Origin: Fibrobacterota bacterium
GTDB taxonomy: Bacteria > Fibrobacterota > Fibrobacteria > UBA11236
Length of the DNA: 34,971 nucleotides
Reading direction: 5' to 3'
NCBI GenBank assembly: GCA_043753995.1
Contig: JAYUVP010000129.1
Span: forward strand, 1 to 34,971
Below are positions 9,738 to 19,257 of the stretch, piece by piece. The notes under the pieces were generated by a model. The model searched no databases, had not been told where the DNA came from, and was given only the letters and a program-made list of their open reading frames with translations. Both the position numbers and the translations under genes were made by a program. How positions within the stretch are numbered: position 1 is the stretch's first letter; every line of letters starts with the position of its first letter.

Positions 9738-10657
9738 ACGCCCCCGCCCTGATCGCCGTTTGCTTGCTGACTTCGATACCCTTGCAAGCGCGAAACAGCC
9801 AACCCTTCACCATTGCCCAATTTGCCGATAGCGCCTTGGTCGCCGATTCTCTGGCCAATTTCGAGAGAGCCCAACCGAAACTGCATGCCAAATTCCGCGC
9901 CGCCGCCCTATCGCTGAAAAGCCTGGAAATACGCGATGAAACGATTTCATTTACGGATGCCCTCAAAGCGACAAAGCCCCTGGCGCTAAAGGAAAATCCG
10001 GCGGATTTGGGGAAGGCCATGCGTGACATTGAATTCATCAAGGTTGTCACCCTGAACGAACTCAAGGACGCCTTAGATTCAGCGAAAATACCTGAGGAAC
10101 GGATTCTTTCCTTACGGCAACCCCTGACGGTTTATCAACAAGCGGAATTGAAATCAGCCTATGATCGCAGCCGCAATCGCCTCTTTCGCTATGAACAACG
10201 CTATGGCGCGAATAGCCCATCTTTGAATTTCCTCGAAGCCGGTGTGGCCTATGCCTTGCAAGGGCTCTATCCCTTCGGCCCGAATCAAAATGGGCCCGGA
10301 CCCCTGGAGCCCGTTTTGCGCTATAGCACCACCTGGTTTTTGGCCCATAATGAAAGCGTCAATGATTTGCCGCGAAATTTTCAGGTCGCCGCTCTCTGGG
10401 AACTTGGCCTGCGCTGTTATTGGTATTCCGCCCCCGATGCGCGCCCCTCCCTATTGGGGCTCTTGAAACCAAGCTTTATCGCCGCGGGCTATGCCGCCGC
10501 TCCCGCCGAGCGAAACTGGTTTTTCTGGGTCAATGAAGAGCCCTTTGATTCTGGCTTTTTCATTGATATCGGCATCCTGAAGGCTGCCGTGACCTTTGGG
10601 GAGAATCGGCGAATCTTCCTTGGAAGGCAATTCCAAATCGTCCCCTATTTGTTTTGA
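9728..10657 (+). CDS. Hypothetical exported protein
   Basis: GTG start overlaps the upstream stop. Signal peptide MRLNAPALIAVCLLTSIPLQA, helical N-terminal half, aromatic beta-rich C-terminal half ending in Phe. Confidence 0.65.
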   Translation: MRLNAPALIAVCLLTSIPLQARNSQPFTIAQFADSALVADSLANFERAQPKLHAKFRAAALSLKSLEIRDETISFTDALKATKPLALKENPADLGKAMRDIEFIKVVTLNELKDALDSAKIPEERILSLRQPLTVYQQAELKSAYDRSRNRLFRYEQRYGANSPSLNFLEAGVAYALQGLYPFGPNQNGPGPLEPVLRYSTTWFLAHNESVNDLPRNFQVAALWELGLRCYWYSAPDARPSLLGLLKPSFIAAGYAAAPAERNWFFWVNEEPFDSGFFIDIGILKAAVTFGENRRIFLGRQFQIVPYLF

Positions 10658-10707
10658 CCCTAAGGAATTCCCCGTGCCTGGTATGCTAATATTCAATTTC
10701 ACTGTTT

Positions 10708-12729
10708 ATGCAGAACCAGGCAGCGACAACCGGTTTATTCTGGCCGCGACAACTTCTTATGGCGGCAGGCGCCACGGTATTGACCTGGCTCATTTGCCAT
10801 GGGCTTGAATTAGGCCTCGGAAAAAGCCCCCTTCCGCCTTTTTTTGTCACCGCCTTGGCCATAGGCCTAAGTCTAGGGGGATTTCAATTCTCTGCTGCGG
10901 GAGTGGCCATCGCCTTTGCCTGGGTCTATGGCGATTTCATTCCTTTCGTCGCCCTGCTGCTTGCCTTACAATGGGTGCTCACTGCCAAGGTTTTTCATCG
11001 CTGGCAGAATAGGCATCCCCATCGCAAAAAAGCGGACCTGCTTTTGGATTGGCAATTGCGAATTCAACCGCCCCTGGTTTTATTCGGCGCGGGCCTGCGA
11101 GTCTACCTCCATTACTGGGCGACGGCACCGGTACAAAATCCCTTTTTACAGGATTGGCTGACAGGAATCCTTCAAGACACGGTGGGCGGTCTTTTGGGCT
11201 TCAGTTTCTGGTGGACGGCCAAAATGATTGGGCGAGAACTAAAGGTCTATCGTCGTGAATCCATGTTGGTGATGGCTTTTTGTTTGATCCTGGTGTGGAT
11301 ACGCGCCAGCGATTTATTGCTGGGGTCTTGGTTTCAAATTCCACGTCTATCGGTTTTTATCCCGCTCGTCTTATGGCCTGGGCTGCGTATAGGGCCGGGA
11401 ATGACGACTTTGGCGGTGGCCCTCGCCCTTTTCGGCCAAATGGTGATTCAAAAACAATCCCCGAGTAGTCACCCTTTTATCGACCCCCGTCTCACGGTGG
11501 AAACCTTGATCGGCATTTGGCTTTTTGCCTTAACCCACATTCTCATCTCCTTTATATGGGACGAGCGCCGCTCGACCCAGGTCGCACTGGCACAAAGTGA
11601 AATGCGCTACAAGGCGCTCATCGAACATAGCCCCGAGGCCATAGTGGTACTCGATGTTGACACCGGGAAATTCTCCGACGTCAATACCCAAGCGGAGCAT
11701 TTTTTCCGGCTTCCCCGAGAGAAGCTTCTGCAACTGGGGCCGGCGCAATTAAGTCCCGAAAAACAGCCCGATGGCCGCCCCTCCTCGGAAAAGGCGCGAG
11801 AACTTATCGGACTGGCCATGCAGGGGCAGACACCGCATTTCGAATGGTCCCATCTCGATAGCGAAGGCAGGGAACTGCCTTGCGACATACGTCTTTTGCG
11901 TTTGCCCGATCCCGAGAGACACCTTGTTCGCGGCAGTATCGTGGATATTTCCGATCGAATAGCCTCACAGCGAGCCTTGAAAAAAAGCGAGGCTGAAGTG
12001 CGCGCCTTGAATCAGCAATTGGAATTACGGGTGAAAGAACGCACCGCAGAATTAGAAGCCGCCAATCGCAGTCTGGAATCCTTTTCCTATTCCGTGTCGC
12101 ATGATTTGCGTGCCCCCTTGCGCTCGCTGGACGGGTTCAGTCGCGCCTTGGAAGAGCGCGCTACCCAACTGGATGGGGAGAGCCGCGAATATTTGGGCCG
12201 CATTCGGCGAGCCAGCCAGAGAATGGCCGCGTTAATCGATGATTTGTTAGAACTGGCCCGCCTTTCTCGCCGAGAAATAATCAAAGAGAATGTGAATCTA
12301 AGCGCCCTGGCCGAAGAGGTTTTAGCCCAATTGCGTCAAGGAGATAGGCAACGAACCATCACCTGGGTCATTGCGCCAGGATTGCATGCCTTGGCCGATC
12401 CGGGCCTCACGCGCATCGTATTGGAAAATCTGCTGGGCAATGCCTGGAAGTTCACTTCCAAGCGGAGCGAGGCAAAAATCGAGCTCTTGGCAGAAACCTG
12501 GGAAGGCGAAACGGCTTTTTGCGTCCGGGACAATGGCGCCGGTTTCGATATGACCTATGCCCAAAAACTTTTCTCCCCTTTTCAGCGACTGCATTCGCGC
12601 GAGGAATTCGATGGCAATGGCATCGGTTTGGCTTTGGTCGAAAAAGTGCTGACCCGCCACGGTGGACGAATCGGTGCTTACAGTGAAGTCGGTTGCGGGG
12701 CGCGCTTCTTTTTCACCTTGGCTTCCTAG
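10708..12729 (+). CDS. Membrane (MASE1-like) PAS-domain sensor histidine kinase
   Basis: Multi-TM N-terminus, PAS domain (LSPEKQPDGRPS...FEW), HisKA SYSVSHDLRAPLR, HATPase NLLGNAWKF / DNGAGF / GNGIGL. Confidence 0.9.
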   Translation: MQNQAATTGLFWPRQLLMAAGATVLTWLICHGLELGLGKSPLPPFFVTALAIGLSLGGFQFSAAGVAIAFAWVYGDFIPFVALLLALQWVLTAKVFHRWQNRHPHRKKADLLLDWQLRIQPPLVLFGAGLRVYLHYWATAPVQNPFLQDWLTGILQDTVGGLLGFSFWWTAKMIGRELKVYRRESMLVMAFCLILVWIRASDLLLGSWFQIPRLSVFIPLVLWPGLRIGPGMTTLAVALALFGQMVIQKQSPSSHPFIDPRLTVETLIGIWLFALTHILISFIWDERRSTQVALAQSEMRYKALIEHSPEAIVVLDVDTGKFSDVNTQAEHFFRLPREKLLQLGPAQLSPEKQPDGRPSSEKARELIGLAMQGQTPHFEWSHLDSEGRELPCDIRLLRLPDPERHLVRGSIVDISDRIASQRALKKSEAEVRALNQQLELRVKERTAELEAANRSLESFSYSVSHDLRAPLRSLDGFSRALEERATQLDGESREYLGRIRRASQRMAALIDDLLELARLSRREIIKENVNLSALAEEVLAQLRQGDRQRTITWVIAPGLHALADPGLTRIVLENLLGNAWKFTSKRSEAKIELLAETWEGETAFCVRDNGAGFDMTYAQKLFSPFQRLHSREEFDGNGIGLALVEKVLTRHGGRIGAYSEVGCGARFFFTLAS

Positions 12730-12737
12730 GAGGCATT

Positions 12738-13166
12738 ATGCTCGAACGGTATATCCTATTGGTCGAAGACGACCCAGACGACGAGGAGTTGACCTTGCTT
12801 GCCTTGCGTCGTCATAAAGTGGCCAATCCGGTGCGTGTGGTGCGCGATGGCGAGCAGGCTTTGGATTTATTGCTGGGCAAGGACAGGCAAGGCAGCCGGG
12901 AAACCTTGCCACAAGTCGTCTTACTCGATCTCAAACTTCCGAAAGTGGATGGCCATGAGGTGCTCGCGGCCCTTCGCGCCCATGCATCCACTCGCATATT
13001 GCCTGTGATCATTTTCACATCTTCCCAGGAAGAGCAAGACATACTCGGAGCCTATCGCGGCGGAGCGAATTCCTTTGTGCGCAAGCCGGTGGAATTCGAA
13101 GAATTCATGACCGCGGTGGGACAATTGGGAATGTATTGGCTATTGCTCAACACGCAAACGCCATGA
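12738..13166 (+). CDS. Single-domain response regulator (Rcp1-like receiver)
   Basis: ILLVEDD, VLLDLKLPKVDG, FTSS, GANSFVRKP. SD AGGAGG before ATG 12738. Confidence 0.9.
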   Translation: MLERYILLVEDDPDDEELTLLALRRHKVANPVRVVRDGEQALDLLLGKDRQGSRETLPQVVLLDLKLPKVDGHEVLAALRAHASTRILPVIIFTSSQEEQDILGAYRGGANSFVRKPVEFEEFMTAVGQLGMYWLLLNTQTP

Positions 13167-14767
13167 GCTTCTCGACTCCCGCCCAAGCGGCAAAATTACG
13201 CGTGCTTCTGATCGAGGACTCGGAGGAGGACGCCGCCTTGGTGCTTTTGGCCTTGAAATCCGGTGCCTGGGATTTGACATGGCAACGCGTCGACAGCGGT
13301 CCGAAATTAAAAGCCTGTCTGGCGGAAAATACCTGGGACTTGATACTCTCCGACTACAATATGCCCGGCTTTGACGGCTTGTCCGCCTTGGGCATCATTC
13401 GCGATCACGGCTTGCAAATACCCGTCATCCTCATTTCAGGCACCATAGGCGAGACCCTGGCGGTAGCCGCTATGAAGGCCGGGGCCAATGACTATTTGAT
13501 GAAGGACAACTTGCAACGCCTGATTCCTGCCGTCGAACGCGAACTGCGTGAGTACCAAGGACGTTTGGACCAGGAAAGGGCGCTGAAGCTGAGTGAAGAA
13601 AAGTTGCAACAAGCGCAAAAAATGGAAATCGTCGGTCGGCTTTCAGGTGGCATTGCCCATGACTTCAATAATTTGCTGGCCGTGATTCTGGGCAATGTGG
13701 ATTTATTGATCGAAAAGCAAAAAGAAATTACTGCGAATTCTCCAGAATTGATGGGCATCGAAAGAGCCGCCCTGCAAGCCACCTCGCTGGTGAGGCAATT
13801 GATGGCCTTCAGCCGCAAACAGGCTGTGCAGACCAAGACTTTTGACATCCATGCCTCCTTACGGGAGTTTCTCGCCATGCTGCGCATGATGGTAGGCGAT
13901 TCGGTAAAAGTCGAACTATCCGCGCAGGCACATCGCCACCACGTGCATATGGATCCGGTGCAATTGGAACAAGTGGTCCTGAATTTGGCTTCGAATGCGC
14001 GCGACGCCATGCATAAATGCGGGACCCTGCTTTTTGAAACCCATGACGCCGAATTCGATCGCCAAGACATTCCGACGAGCGAAACCGCCGCACCGGGTTC
14101 CTATTTGGTTTTGCGGGTCAGCGACACAGGCACGGGCATGGACCCTGAAACGCTGAAGAAAATTTTCGAACCATTTTTCACGACCAAGGAAGTGGGCAAA
14201 GGCACGGGACTCGGCCTTTCCACCACCATCGATATCCTGCGCCAATGCGGCGGCTGGATTGCCGTGACCAGCCGTCTCGGAGTCGGCACCACCTTTCATC
14301 TTCATTTTCCCTTATGCCTTGAAGAGCTACCCGTGCAAACCCCTAGGGCACAGGAAGGTACGGTGGCGGGCCAAGGACAATGCATTTACGTGGTGGAAGA
14401 CAACGCCGAATTGCGCAAACTCACCCGCGAGGTTTTACTCATCGGAGGATATCAAGTCGTCGATTGCCGGGACTATGAAGAGCTGGAAACCCTCTCAGCG
14501 CAATCGTTGAAACCGGACCTGTTATTGACCGATTTGCGCGTGCCCGGCAAGGGCAGTCAAAAGTCCATACCCGCCCTCCAGGAAAAATGGCCCGATATGG
14601 TAATCGTCTATATGTCGGGCTATTCCGCCGGAGACGCCGCCGGCTTGGGCTTGATGCCCGGCCAATTCCATTTTCTGGAGAAACCCTTTACACCTTCGAA
14701 GCTCCTAAAGATTTTGCGCGAAGCCCTTTCGGTCAAGGCCAAGGATGGCGGGGATAGCGGCGCTTGA
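13163..14767 (+). CDS. Hybrid response regulator / histidine kinase (REC-HisKA-HATPase-REC)
   Basis: LILSDYNMPG, GGIAHDFNN, NARDAM, DTGTGM, FFTTKEVGKGTGLGL, C-terminal LLLTDL...LEKPF. ATGA overlap with the upstream gene. Confidence 0.9.
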   Translation: MSFSTPAQAAKLRVLLIEDSEEDAALVLLALKSGAWDLTWQRVDSGPKLKACLAENTWDLILSDYNMPGFDGLSALGIIRDHGLQIPVILISGTIGETLAVAAMKAGANDYLMKDNLQRLIPAVERELREYQGRLDQERALKLSEEKLQQAQKMEIVGRLSGGIAHDFNNLLAVILGNVDLLIEKQKEITANSPELMGIERAALQATSLVRQLMAFSRKQAVQTKTFDIHASLREFLAMLRMMVGDSVKVELSAQAHRHHVHMDPVQLEQVVLNLASNARDAMHKCGTLLFETHDAEFDRQDIPTSETAAPGSYLVLRVSDTGTGMDPETLKKIFEPFFTTKEVGKGTGLGLSTTIDILRQCGGWIAVTSRLGVGTTFHLHFPLCLEELPVQTPRAQEGTVAGQGQCIYVVEDNAELRKLTREVLLIGGYQVVDCRDYEELETLSAQSLKPDLLLTDLRVPGKGSQKSIPALQEKWPDMVIVYMSGYSAGDAAGLGLMPGQFHFLEKPFTPSKLLKILREALSVKAKDGGDSGA

Positions 14768-17207
14768 GTTCTTTCTTCACTTCGGGATAGGTGTTTTCCC
14801 AGAACGAGGTCAGGTCTTGCGTCTTTTGCACGGTACGGTAATTGGGCGCCAAAATATCGTAGTTGACGATGACTCGCTTTTGCAAAATAAAGGTCTTGCC
14901 CTGCAAGCCTACGAAGTCGCCCAATCGCGCCGATATTTCTGGAAGCCCCTTGGGCGAATAGGTGATGCGACCGCGCTTGCCACCGGGCAAAGCCAAACTG
15001 GCCGGAGCCTCGCGCTCCAGCCATGCCCACAGGGAATAGCCGAGGTAGTCACGTAACGCCGCCGCTACGGAAACGCTTTCGAGCTGCTTCAACGAGTTTT
15101 TGCCCTCGCAAATATCGTGATAAATCAGCCTCCAGTCTTCATCGTCGAGCTTGGGCAGGCCCATGTCGGGGCAGGTTGCAGCCGCCAGTTGAATGCGATA
15201 GACAATTTGCTGGGCCTCCTCGTCGAAACCAGGCAGGGTGATTTCTCCCGAAATCAACTTCTCTACCAACATATCCGAGGCCAAGGCGCGGCCTTCTCCT
15301 TCGATGACTTCGCGCCGTAAAACTATGCCACGAAACATTTGTTTTTTCACCGTGACCGAGCGACCGCGCGTTTCGTCCCAAAGGTTTTCCTTGGTCCAGG
15401 CGATTTCATTGGGCCAAATTTCAGACACCCAGTCGGGCTCGATGGGCAAAAGCAGCGGTATAGAAATCTGTCTAACCTTGCCTGCGCCACCGGTTTCATG
15501 CATTTCCAAAGCGAGAATCAAATTCACATCTGCGGGTAAATGGCGCGCTTCCACGAGGCCGCGACGACCGTCGGCCAGCACGAAAGACTGGCTTTGCTCA
15601 AAGCGCCCGGCAAGCCTATCGATGAACGCTGGGATAAAACAGCGCGTGGCCAGGGCTCTCAACTCCGGTCCGGCATTTTCGGCGGCATCGGCAAAGGTGT
15701 AAGTCGCATCCTGGCCCTGGCTGGCCTTACCCGGACCATGCCGCAATAAGCGCTGCCAAGATTCTCGCAATTCGCGATCGACTTGGCGATCTTTCGGATC
15801 GCGTACCAGGTCGCGCCCTTGCACGAAAAGATCGGAGCTGGCTGCGGGGTTGCGCCTCGATTCGGTTTCCAGGCACGCCGCCATTGCAGCGACCACGGTG
15901 AATACCAAGCCGTCGCCACCTTGCGAAGCCAGTAAAAGCGCATGCCCAGGCAAGGGGTGTATGCTCCATCGCAGCAGAGCACGGCCCACCGAGCTGATGC
16001 CGGCTTTTTCCAACGCGCCGATACGCGCCAGATTTTCCTGTGCATGATTCCAAAGCGCCGGCGTGGGATCGTCCAGCCAATTCCAAGGCTTGGAATCCGC
16101 GCCGACCTTTTCACCTGCTTGCAAAGCCAGAATTTTCAAAGCCAGCGGCGTCAAATCGACCCGCCTTACTTCAGGCTCCAGGGTGAGCGCCATGGCGCGT
16201 TCGCGTTCCGGCGACCAGAGGCGGACGCATTGGCCGGGACCCATTCGACCCGCGCGCCCCGCGCGCTGGGTGGCACTGTGCTGGCTAATGCTTTTGAGAT
16301 AAAGCGTATCCATGTCCCGCTCGGGATTGTAAGCCGCGACACGCTGCAATCCCGAGTCGATGACCGCACTCACACCGGGAATAGTCAGCGAAGTTTCGGC
16401 GACATTGGTGGCGAGTATGGCGCAAGGGCCGCGCTGCGGAGCCTGCAAGGTTTTTTGCTGGGCGTCCAAATCCATGCCGCCGTGTAATTCATGCACGGCT
16501 AATCCCGCGCGGCGGCAAACCGGATCGAAGGCTTCGGCGGTACGCCGAATTTCACCCACCCCAGGTAAAAAAACCAAAACCGAACCCGAAAAACCTTGGG
16601 CCAAAAGCCCCCGTAACGCGCGTGTAGCCTGCTCCCAAATCGGAACCTGTTGCGCAGGAGGCTGATGGCTGATGGTGACGGGATGAAGCGGAGAGGCGAC
16701 TTCGACCATGGTAGCCGGTGCGGCGTAGGCGAGCAGGGCTTGGCTTTCCAAGGTGGCCGACATCACGGCGATTTTTAAGTCGGGACGTTTTTGCATTTGC
16801 AGGCGAAGGCAAAAGGCGAGCGCAGCATCGCATTCGAGGGCGCGCTCGTGGAATTCGTCGAAGAGCACTACGCCGATATCCTTCAAATCAAGATCATCAA
16901 GTAGGCGTTGGAAGAAAACGCCATAGGTCTGGAAAACGATGCGCGTTTGGGCCGAGCATTTACCCTCGAAACGCACCTGATACCCCACCTCATTGCCGAG
17001 AGTCCAACCGTTTTCTTCGGCGACGCGATAGGCCAAATTACGGGCGGCGATGCGGCGCGGCTGCAAGACGGCCACCTTGCCCCATTCCATGGGAATCATG
17101 GGAGGCACATGGGTGGATTTTCCGGTGCCGGGTGGCGCCACGAGAATAAGCCTGCCGTTATTCAAACCGGCTAAAATGGCGTCACGATGGGCGTCTACGG
17201 GCAGCAT
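14733..17207 (-). CDS. hrpB: ATP-dependent RNA helicase HrpB
   Basis: GTGKST, QPRRIAAR, DEFHER, MSAT, ATNVAETSLTIPG, QRAGRAGR, and the HrpB-specific C-terminus TQDLTSFWENTYPEVKKELKRRYPRHPWP. Confidence 0.93.
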   Translation of the reverse strand: MLPVDAHRDAILAGLNNGRLILVAPPGTGKSTHVPPMIPMEWGKVAVLQPRRIAARNLAYRVAEENGWTLGNEVGYQVRFEGKCSAQTRIVFQTYGVFFQRLLDDLDLKDIGVVLFDEFHERALECDAALAFCLRLQMQKRPDLKIAVMSATLESQALLAYAAPATMVEVASPLHPVTISHQPPAQQVPIWEQATRALRGLLAQGFSGSVLVFLPGVGEIRRTAEAFDPVCRRAGLAVHELHGGMDLDAQQKTLQAPQRGPCAILATNVAETSLTIPGVSAVIDSGLQRVAAYNPERDMDTLYLKSISQHSATQRAGRAGRMGPGQCVRLWSPERERAMALTLEPEVRRVDLTPLALKILALQAGEKVGADSKPWNWLDDPTPALWNHAQENLARIGALEKAGISSVGRALLRWSIHPLPGHALLLASQGGDGLVFTVVAAMAACLETESRRNPAASSDLFVQGRDLVRDPKDRQVDRELRESWQRLLRHGPGKASQGQDATYTFADAAENAGPELRALATRCFIPAFIDRLAGRFEQSQSFVLADGRRGLVEARHLPADVNLILALEMHETGGAGKVRQISIPLLLPIEPDWVSEIWPNEIAWTKENLWDETRGRSVTVKKQMFRGIVLRREVIEGEGRALASDMLVEKLISGEITLPGFDEEAQQIVYRIQLAAATCPDMGLPKLDDEDWRLIYHDICEGKNSLKQLESVSVAAALRDYLGYSLWAWLEREAPASLALPGGKRGRITYSPKGLPEISARLGDFVGLQGKTFILQKRVIVNYDILAPNYRTVQKTQDLTSFWENTYPEVKKELKRRYPRHPWP

Positions 17208-17345
17208 GGGGATGGAAAGAGAGAAAAGGTGAAGTCAAAGTGAAAGCGAAAGTTAAAGCGATTTAGGGCTCTTGAGTCATTGTCGGATTTTGCGCCTCGT
17301 GGGATAATGGAGTCGCGACCTAGCACCGCATTCAGAGGAGTCGCC

Positions 17346-18107
17346 GTGGATCTTTCGACCCTATTAGGCCCGCTTTTCGGCGTCGGCATGATCTTGCTGG
17401 GCATGATCATGGAGGGTGGGCATATTAGCTCCATCATGCAGTCGACGGCTCTCATCATCGTGTTGGGAGGAGCCTTAGGTGCAACCGTGGCCAGTTTTCC
17501 GATGGAAAATACGGTTATCGCCCTGAAGGCTATCAAAATAGCCCTCATGCCCCCCAAATCCGATCACGGTAAAATCATTGCTGAACTTGTCGAGCTCTGC
17601 CAATTCGCACGCAAGAACGGCATCATGGCGCTTGAGGCCAAGGCCAAAGGGCATCCCGATCCTTTCACACGCAAGGGTCTCAGCATGGTCGTCGACGGCA
17701 TTGATCCCGCCATGCTGCTTTCCATTATGGAAACAGAAATTGAAACATTCGAAGAGCATCAAAAAATCCCCATTGGTTGGTGGGAAGGCATAGGCGCTTT
17801 CGCACCGACTGTGGGAATTATCGGAGCCGTGCTTGGACTTATCCACGTGATGAGTAATCTGGACGATCCGTCGAAATTGGGCGGCGGTATCGCAACGGCC
17901 TTCGTGGCCACCATTTATGGATTGGCCATTGCCAATATTCTTGCTTTACCCCTAGCGAGCAAACTCAAGGCCCGCGTGCATCAAATGGTGCATGAAAAAA
18001 ACATGATTTTGGCCGGCTTGGTGGCTTTGCAAAATGGCGAAAATCCCCATTTCCTCGGGCAGCGTTTGCATGCCTTCGTGGCCGATCATAAAGAAGGCGG
18101 GCATTGA
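17346..18107 (+). CDS. motA: Flagellar motor stator protein A
   Basis: MDLSTLLG start (GTG 17346, SD GAGGAG), ARKNGIMALE, APTVGIIGAVLGLI, AFVATIYG, GENP. Confidence 0.9.
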   Translation: MDLSTLLGPLFGVGMILLGMIMEGGHISSIMQSTALIIVLGGALGATVASFPMENTVIALKAIKIALMPPKSDHGKIIAELVELCQFARKNGIMALEAKAKGHPDPFTRKGLSMVVDGIDPAMLLSIMETEIETFEEHQKIPIGWWEGIGAFAPTVGIIGAVLGLIHVMSNLDDPSKLGGGIATAFVATIYGLAIANILALPLASKLKARVHQMVHEKNMILAGLVALQNGENPHFLGQRLHAFVADHKEGGH

Positions 18108-18110
18108 GAA

Positions 18111-19037
18111 GTGGCCCGAAAGCCTAAGCATCCCGAACACGTCAATCACGAACGCTGGCTCGTGAGCTATGCCGATTTTATCACCTTGCTTTTCGCGACG
18201 TTTACAGCTCTGTATGCCTTGAGCAAGTCCGACGCCGACAAAAGCAAGGCCATGGCCGAATCCATGCGCATTTCTTTTGGTAGCCCGGCCAACACCCTGA
18301 TACCCATGTCCTCCCTTGACTTCAAGGCCGTGCCCTCTGACAAACCGGGCCCCTCTCCCGCCGGCAAAGGCGGTCCCAAACGCGAGGCCACCAAGGCCGA
18401 CATGGAAAACGTGAAAAGCCAATTGCAAACCATGCTGATGACGCGAAAATTACTCGATGCAGTGAATGTCGATGTCACCGATCGTGGCTTGGTGATTTCA
18501 CTCAAAGAATCCGGTTTCTTCGAATCGGGTAAGTCTGAAATGAAATGGGATGCCTATCCCCTACTCGGTGAAATCGCTGCCAACCTAGCGGAATATCGCA
18601 ATCCAGTTCGCGTCGAAGGACATACCGACACCGTTCCCATGCGCACGCGCACCTTTCCCAGCAACTGGGAATTATCGTCAGCGCGGGCCACCGAAGTTGT
18701 GCGCCTGCTCTCCGGCCGTTTCGGGATGGATCCCAAACGTTTTTCCGCCGTGGGCTATGCCGAATTCCGGCCCGTCTTTTCCAATGCCACGCCCTCAGGC
18801 CGGGCCCGCAATCGCCGCGTCGACTTGGTGGTGCTCAATTCGGAATCGGAACGCGCCGAAGCTCCCGGCGAAACCACCGAATCGATTCCTTCGAATCTCG
18901 GCGCCGAGGCATTCTCAAAACCGGATGAAAACAATTTCGATCCCAGCAACCAGGAGGATAGCGAAGGGCATGCGCCCAATTCCAAATCCGATCCTGCTTA
19001 TCATCCCGCCTTGGACGACTGGAGCGGTTCACCTTGA
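18111..19037 (+). CDS. motB: Flagellar motor stator protein B
   Basis: ERWLVSYADFITLL with the conserved Asp. OmpA-like domain VEGHTD, SNWELSSARA, NRRV. Acidic C-terminal tail. Confidence 0.9.
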   Translation: MARKPKHPEHVNHERWLVSYADFITLLFATFTALYALSKSDADKSKAMAESMRISFGSPANTLIPMSSLDFKAVPSDKPGPSPAGKGGPKREATKADMENVKSQLQTMLMTRKLLDAVNVDVTDRGLVISLKESGFFESGKSEMKWDAYPLLGEIAANLAEYRNPVRVEGHTDTVPMRTRTFPSNWELSSARATEVVRLLSGRFGMDPKRFSAVGYAEFRPVFSNATPSGRARNRRVDLVVLNSESERAEAPGETTESIPSNLGAEAFSKPDENNFDPSNQEDSEGHAPNSKSDPAYHPALDDWSGSP

Positions 19038-19093
19038 ACCTCGTTTAATTAGGGCGAGACACCCCCGCCGTCTCTTCAGCGAACCATTTCACC

Positions 19094-19131
19094 CTGTCCA
19101 CAGATTTGCGGCTCGTCCATGAAGTGGACAG
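19094..19131. promoter_or_regulatory. Putative enhancer (bEBP binding) inverted repeat
   Basis: CTGTCCAC (19094-19101) and GTGGACAG (19124-19131) are perfect reverse complements. A nested GTCCA-N5-TGGAC lies at 19115-19129. About 65-100 nt upstream of a sigma-54-like site. Confidence 0.5.
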
Positions 19132-19191
19132 TCCTTTCGGCGTAAAACCCCGAATTTTCAGTGATTTTAGCTATTCCGAGCCTGAAAAAAG

Positions 19192-19208
19192 TTGGCCCGA
19201 TCTTTGAT
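19192..19208 (+). promoter_or_regulatory. Putative sigma-54 (-24/-12) promoter with GA in place of GC at -12
   Basis: TTGGCCCGATCTTTGAT has GG-N10-GA spacing, 50 nt upstream of the 19258 ATG. A sigma-54 activator is encoded in the same cluster. Confidence 0.5.
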
Positions 19209-19257
19209 TTAGAAGGTTACGGGCCAAGCAGCCCCGAACCCCTGAAAGGAGAGGGAC

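Noticed and set aside
10708..14767. Phytochrome-like light-sensing cluster
   Set aside because: The kinase core and Rcp1-like receiver resemble those systems, but there is no GAF/PHY domain. This three-gene arrangement is common.
14733..14767. 35-bp convergent overlap of hrpB and the hybrid kinase
   Set aside because: Short tail-to-tail overlaps are common and both proteins appear complete.
17346..19037. motAB as Zorya ZorAB anti-phage system
   Set aside because: MotA has normal length and flagellar-type charged residues, lacks the long ZorA tail, and no zorC/D/E-like genes are adjacent.
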